64,000 nucleotides of DNA from an uncultured Actinomycetota bacterium. Lineage in GTDB: Bacteria > Actinomycetota > Actinomycetes > Propionibacteriales > Nocardioidaceae. The stretch covers positions 495,194-559,193 of the forward strand of contig CAVWPK010000012.1 in NCBI GenBank assembly GCA_963756795.1, given 5' to 3'. Below the pieces are notes generated by a model. The model was given only the letters and a program-made list of their open reading frames with translations, had not been told where the DNA came from and did no database searches. The position numbers and the translations under genes are program-made. This document shows, piece after piece, positions 62,082-64,000 of the stretch (its first letter is position 1; each line of letters begins with the position of its first letter).

Positions 62082-63158
62082 GTGCCCCCCTCTGAGAGCC
62101 AGCTCGTCGCAAAGCTGAAGCGTGCCAACCCTTCCCTCGCGAGCTCCTGGGCCAAGCGTCAGGTGCGGTCGGTGGCCGCTCGCGGCGGCTACCTGGTCAC
62201 CAAGATGGACGACGAGGCCCGCCGCTACGCGCGGGTCTCCCACAACGACGCGGTGCCGCTGCCCGAGGGCGCGGAGGAGACCCTCCGCGTGGACAACCCC
62301 AAGCTCGTGGAGCTGCAGGCGAAGTACGACGCCCTCGACGTGTCGGCGACCGCGCACACCCAGTGGCGCCAGTCCTTCCTCAAGCGCAACCTGTCACTCG
62401 CCTGGTTCCGCGGCGACAACGCCTACGTGTGGCAGTTCCGCCAGCTGCGCAACGCCGCCAACGCCCGGATGTACCTCACGCTGCTCGACGTGGAGTCCCG
62501 CGACCGGCTCGGCCTGCTCAAGCGGCTGGAGGAGGACGGGAAGTTCGGCGCGTGGACCTTCACCTACGGCAACCGGTCCCCGGTGAGCCGCGACCTGCTC
62601 GACAGCGTCAACGAGATCAGCTACCTCGACGCCCAGATGGGCCTGAGCAGCATCGACTCGCTCAAGGTCCTCGACATCGGCGCCGGCTACGGCCGGCTCG
62701 CGCACCGGGCGTCGGCCGCGCTGCCCAACCTGTCGGCGTACGACTGCATCGACGGCGTCGCCACCTCGACGTTCCTGTGCGACTACTACCTCGACTACCG
62801 CAAGGTCCCGAAGTCGGTGCGGGCGGTGCCGCTGCCCGAGTGGGAGACTCTCGCCGACGACTACGACATCGCGATCAACGTCCACAGCTTCTCGGAGTGC
62901 TCGCTCGAGGCGATCGGCTGGTGGCTGGACCGGATCGCGGAGCGCAACATCGACTGGCTGTTGATCGTGCCGAACACCCCGCACCAGCTGCTCAGCACCG
63001 AGCTCGACGGCTCGATGCAGGACTTCGCCCCGATGGTCCGCGCGGCCGGCTACGTGCAGGTCGACGAGCGGCCGGTCTTCGAGAACGACGAGCTCCGTGA
63101 GCTGATCGACCTGCACGACACCTTCCACCTGTTCCGTCGGTCGGGGTCCGGTTCGTGA
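62082..63158 (+). CDS. Putative sugar O-methyltransferase
   Basis: SRDLLDSVNEI, VLDIGAGYGRLA, INVHSFSEC. Start approximate. Confidence 0.82.
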   Translation: MPPSESQLVAKLKRANPSLASSWAKRQVRSVAARGGYLVTKMDDEARRYARVSHNDAVPLPEGAEETLRVDNPKLVELQAKYDALDVSATAHTQWRQSFLKRNLSLAWFRGDNAYVWQFRQLRNAANARMYLTLLDVESRDRLGLLKRLEEDGKFGAWTFTYGNRSPVSRDLLDSVNEISYLDAQMGLSSIDSLKVLDIGAGYGRLAHRASAALPNLSAYDCIDGVATSTFLCDYYLDYRKVPKSVRAVPLPEWETLADDYDIAINVHSFSECSLEAIGWWLDRIAERNIDWLLIVPNTPHQLLSTELDGSMQDFAPMVRAAGYVQVDERPVFENDELRELIDLHDTFHLFRRSGSGS

Positions 63159-64000
63159 GGAAGGTCGTCGGCGACGACGAAAGGGCTCGATCCACCCTCT
63201 GGATGGAGGAGAGGCTGCGGCGCTACTCCGCAGCGACCACCCACCGGATCCTCGCGAGACGGGGACAGTCGCTGGGCATGTGGATGGGAGTCGGGTTCCC
63301 GAAGTCCGGCACCAACTGGCTCTGCGAGCTGATGGGCACGACCCTCGGGCTGCCGGTCCCGGTCGACTACCAGCTGCCGATCATGTTCAAGTCAGTCGTC
63401 CACTCGCACTACACCTACAACGAGCGGTTCCCCAACGCGGTCTACATCCGACGCGACGGACGCGACGTGATGACGTCGTTCTACTTCTACTGGACCCGCG
63501 CGACGCAGATGAACAAGAACCCCCGGTTCTCCCGCGGGATCCGCGAGATCTTCGACCACCTCTACGGACCGGCGTTCGACGCGGCGGACGTGCAGGGCAA
63601 CCTGCCGAAGTTCATCGAATACCAGATGACCGTCGCCCCGACGACGATCGGCATCCCGTGGCACGCCCACGTGCGGGAGTGGTGGGACCGTCCTCGGGTC
63701 GGTCACGTGACGTTCGAGGGCCTGCTCGCCGACCCGGTCGAGGAGATGGTCCGGGCGCTCCGTGCCGCGAGCGGCGAGGACCCGCGCCGGGACCTGGTCG
63801 AGCTCGCCGTGCAGCGGCACGACTTCTCCAACAGTGCCGGCCGCACCTCGGGCGAGGAGGACCGGCGCGCATTCCGGCGCAAGGGAGCGTCGGGCGACTG
63901 GCGCAACCACTTCACCCGCGAGGCGGGCCAGGTCTTCGACTCCTACGCCGGCGCCGAGCTGGTCGAGTTCGGCTACGCCGCCGACCGCACCTGGTTCGAA
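63155..64000 (+). CDS. PAPS-dependent sulfotransferase (Sulfotransfer_1), 3'-truncated by the window edge
   Basis: Translated by hand: 5'-PSB GFPKSGTNW, 3'-PB RDGRDVMTSFY, C-terminal RKGASGDWRNHF. The GTG overlaps the previous TGA. Confidence 0.92.
   Translation, partial: MRKVVGDDERARSTLWMEERLRRYSAATTHRILARRGQSLGMWMGVGFPKSGTNWLCELMGTTLGLPVPVDYQLPIMFKSVVHSHYTYNERFPNAVYIRRDGRDVMTSFYFYWTRATQMNKNPRFSRGIREIFDHLYGPAFDAADVQGNLPKFIEYQMTVAPTTIGIPWHAHVREWWDRPRVGHVTFEGLLADPVEEMVRALRAASGEDPRRDLVELAVQRHDFSNSAGRTSGEEDRRAFRRKGASGDWRNHFTREAGQVFDSYAGAELVEFGYAADRTWFE

Overview
High-GC actinobacterial chromosomal DNA; the gene content and order resemble Nocardioides/Propionibacteriales (judged from recall of the families, no database search). 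A conserved backbone (ispF/ispD/carD, gpmA-phoU-senX3-regX3, mshA, typA, folP2-gpgS, XRE-hbhA-DUF2516, ygfZ-nur-nitrobindin, sseA-DUF1416-trx) is interleaved with three pieces of a surface-glycopolymer locus. Piece 1 (~24.6-29.5 kb) holds a priming glycosyltransferase, galE, rfbA and rfbB. Piece 2 (~31.2-45.3 kb) holds a PAPS-supply module (cysD, cysN and an unusual degenerate-Sat/APS-kinase/LMW-tyrosine-phosphatase fusion), TauE, two methyltransferases (one an internal tandem duplication), a 1047-aa glycosyltransferase and an LCP ligase. Piece 3 (~54.6-64 kb) holds DUF4012, a Wzc-type tyrosine kinase, an acetyltransferase, GT61, two paralogous GT-like proteins, a sugar O-methyltransferase and a PAPS-dependent sulfotransferase that runs off the window and is absent from the ORF track. 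The most notable inference is a sulfated, methylated and acetylated, probably wall-anchored polysaccharide, whose PAPS-making enzyme is fused to the phosphatase type that normally regulates Wzc. Other items missing from the ORF track include a leaderless Cys-containing leader peptide upstream of sseA, a PHO-box pair, overlapping divergent -10 elements and head-to-head 22-bp tandem arrays. I found no rRNA, tRNA, CRISPR array or transposase. All family assignments come from motifs read by eye.
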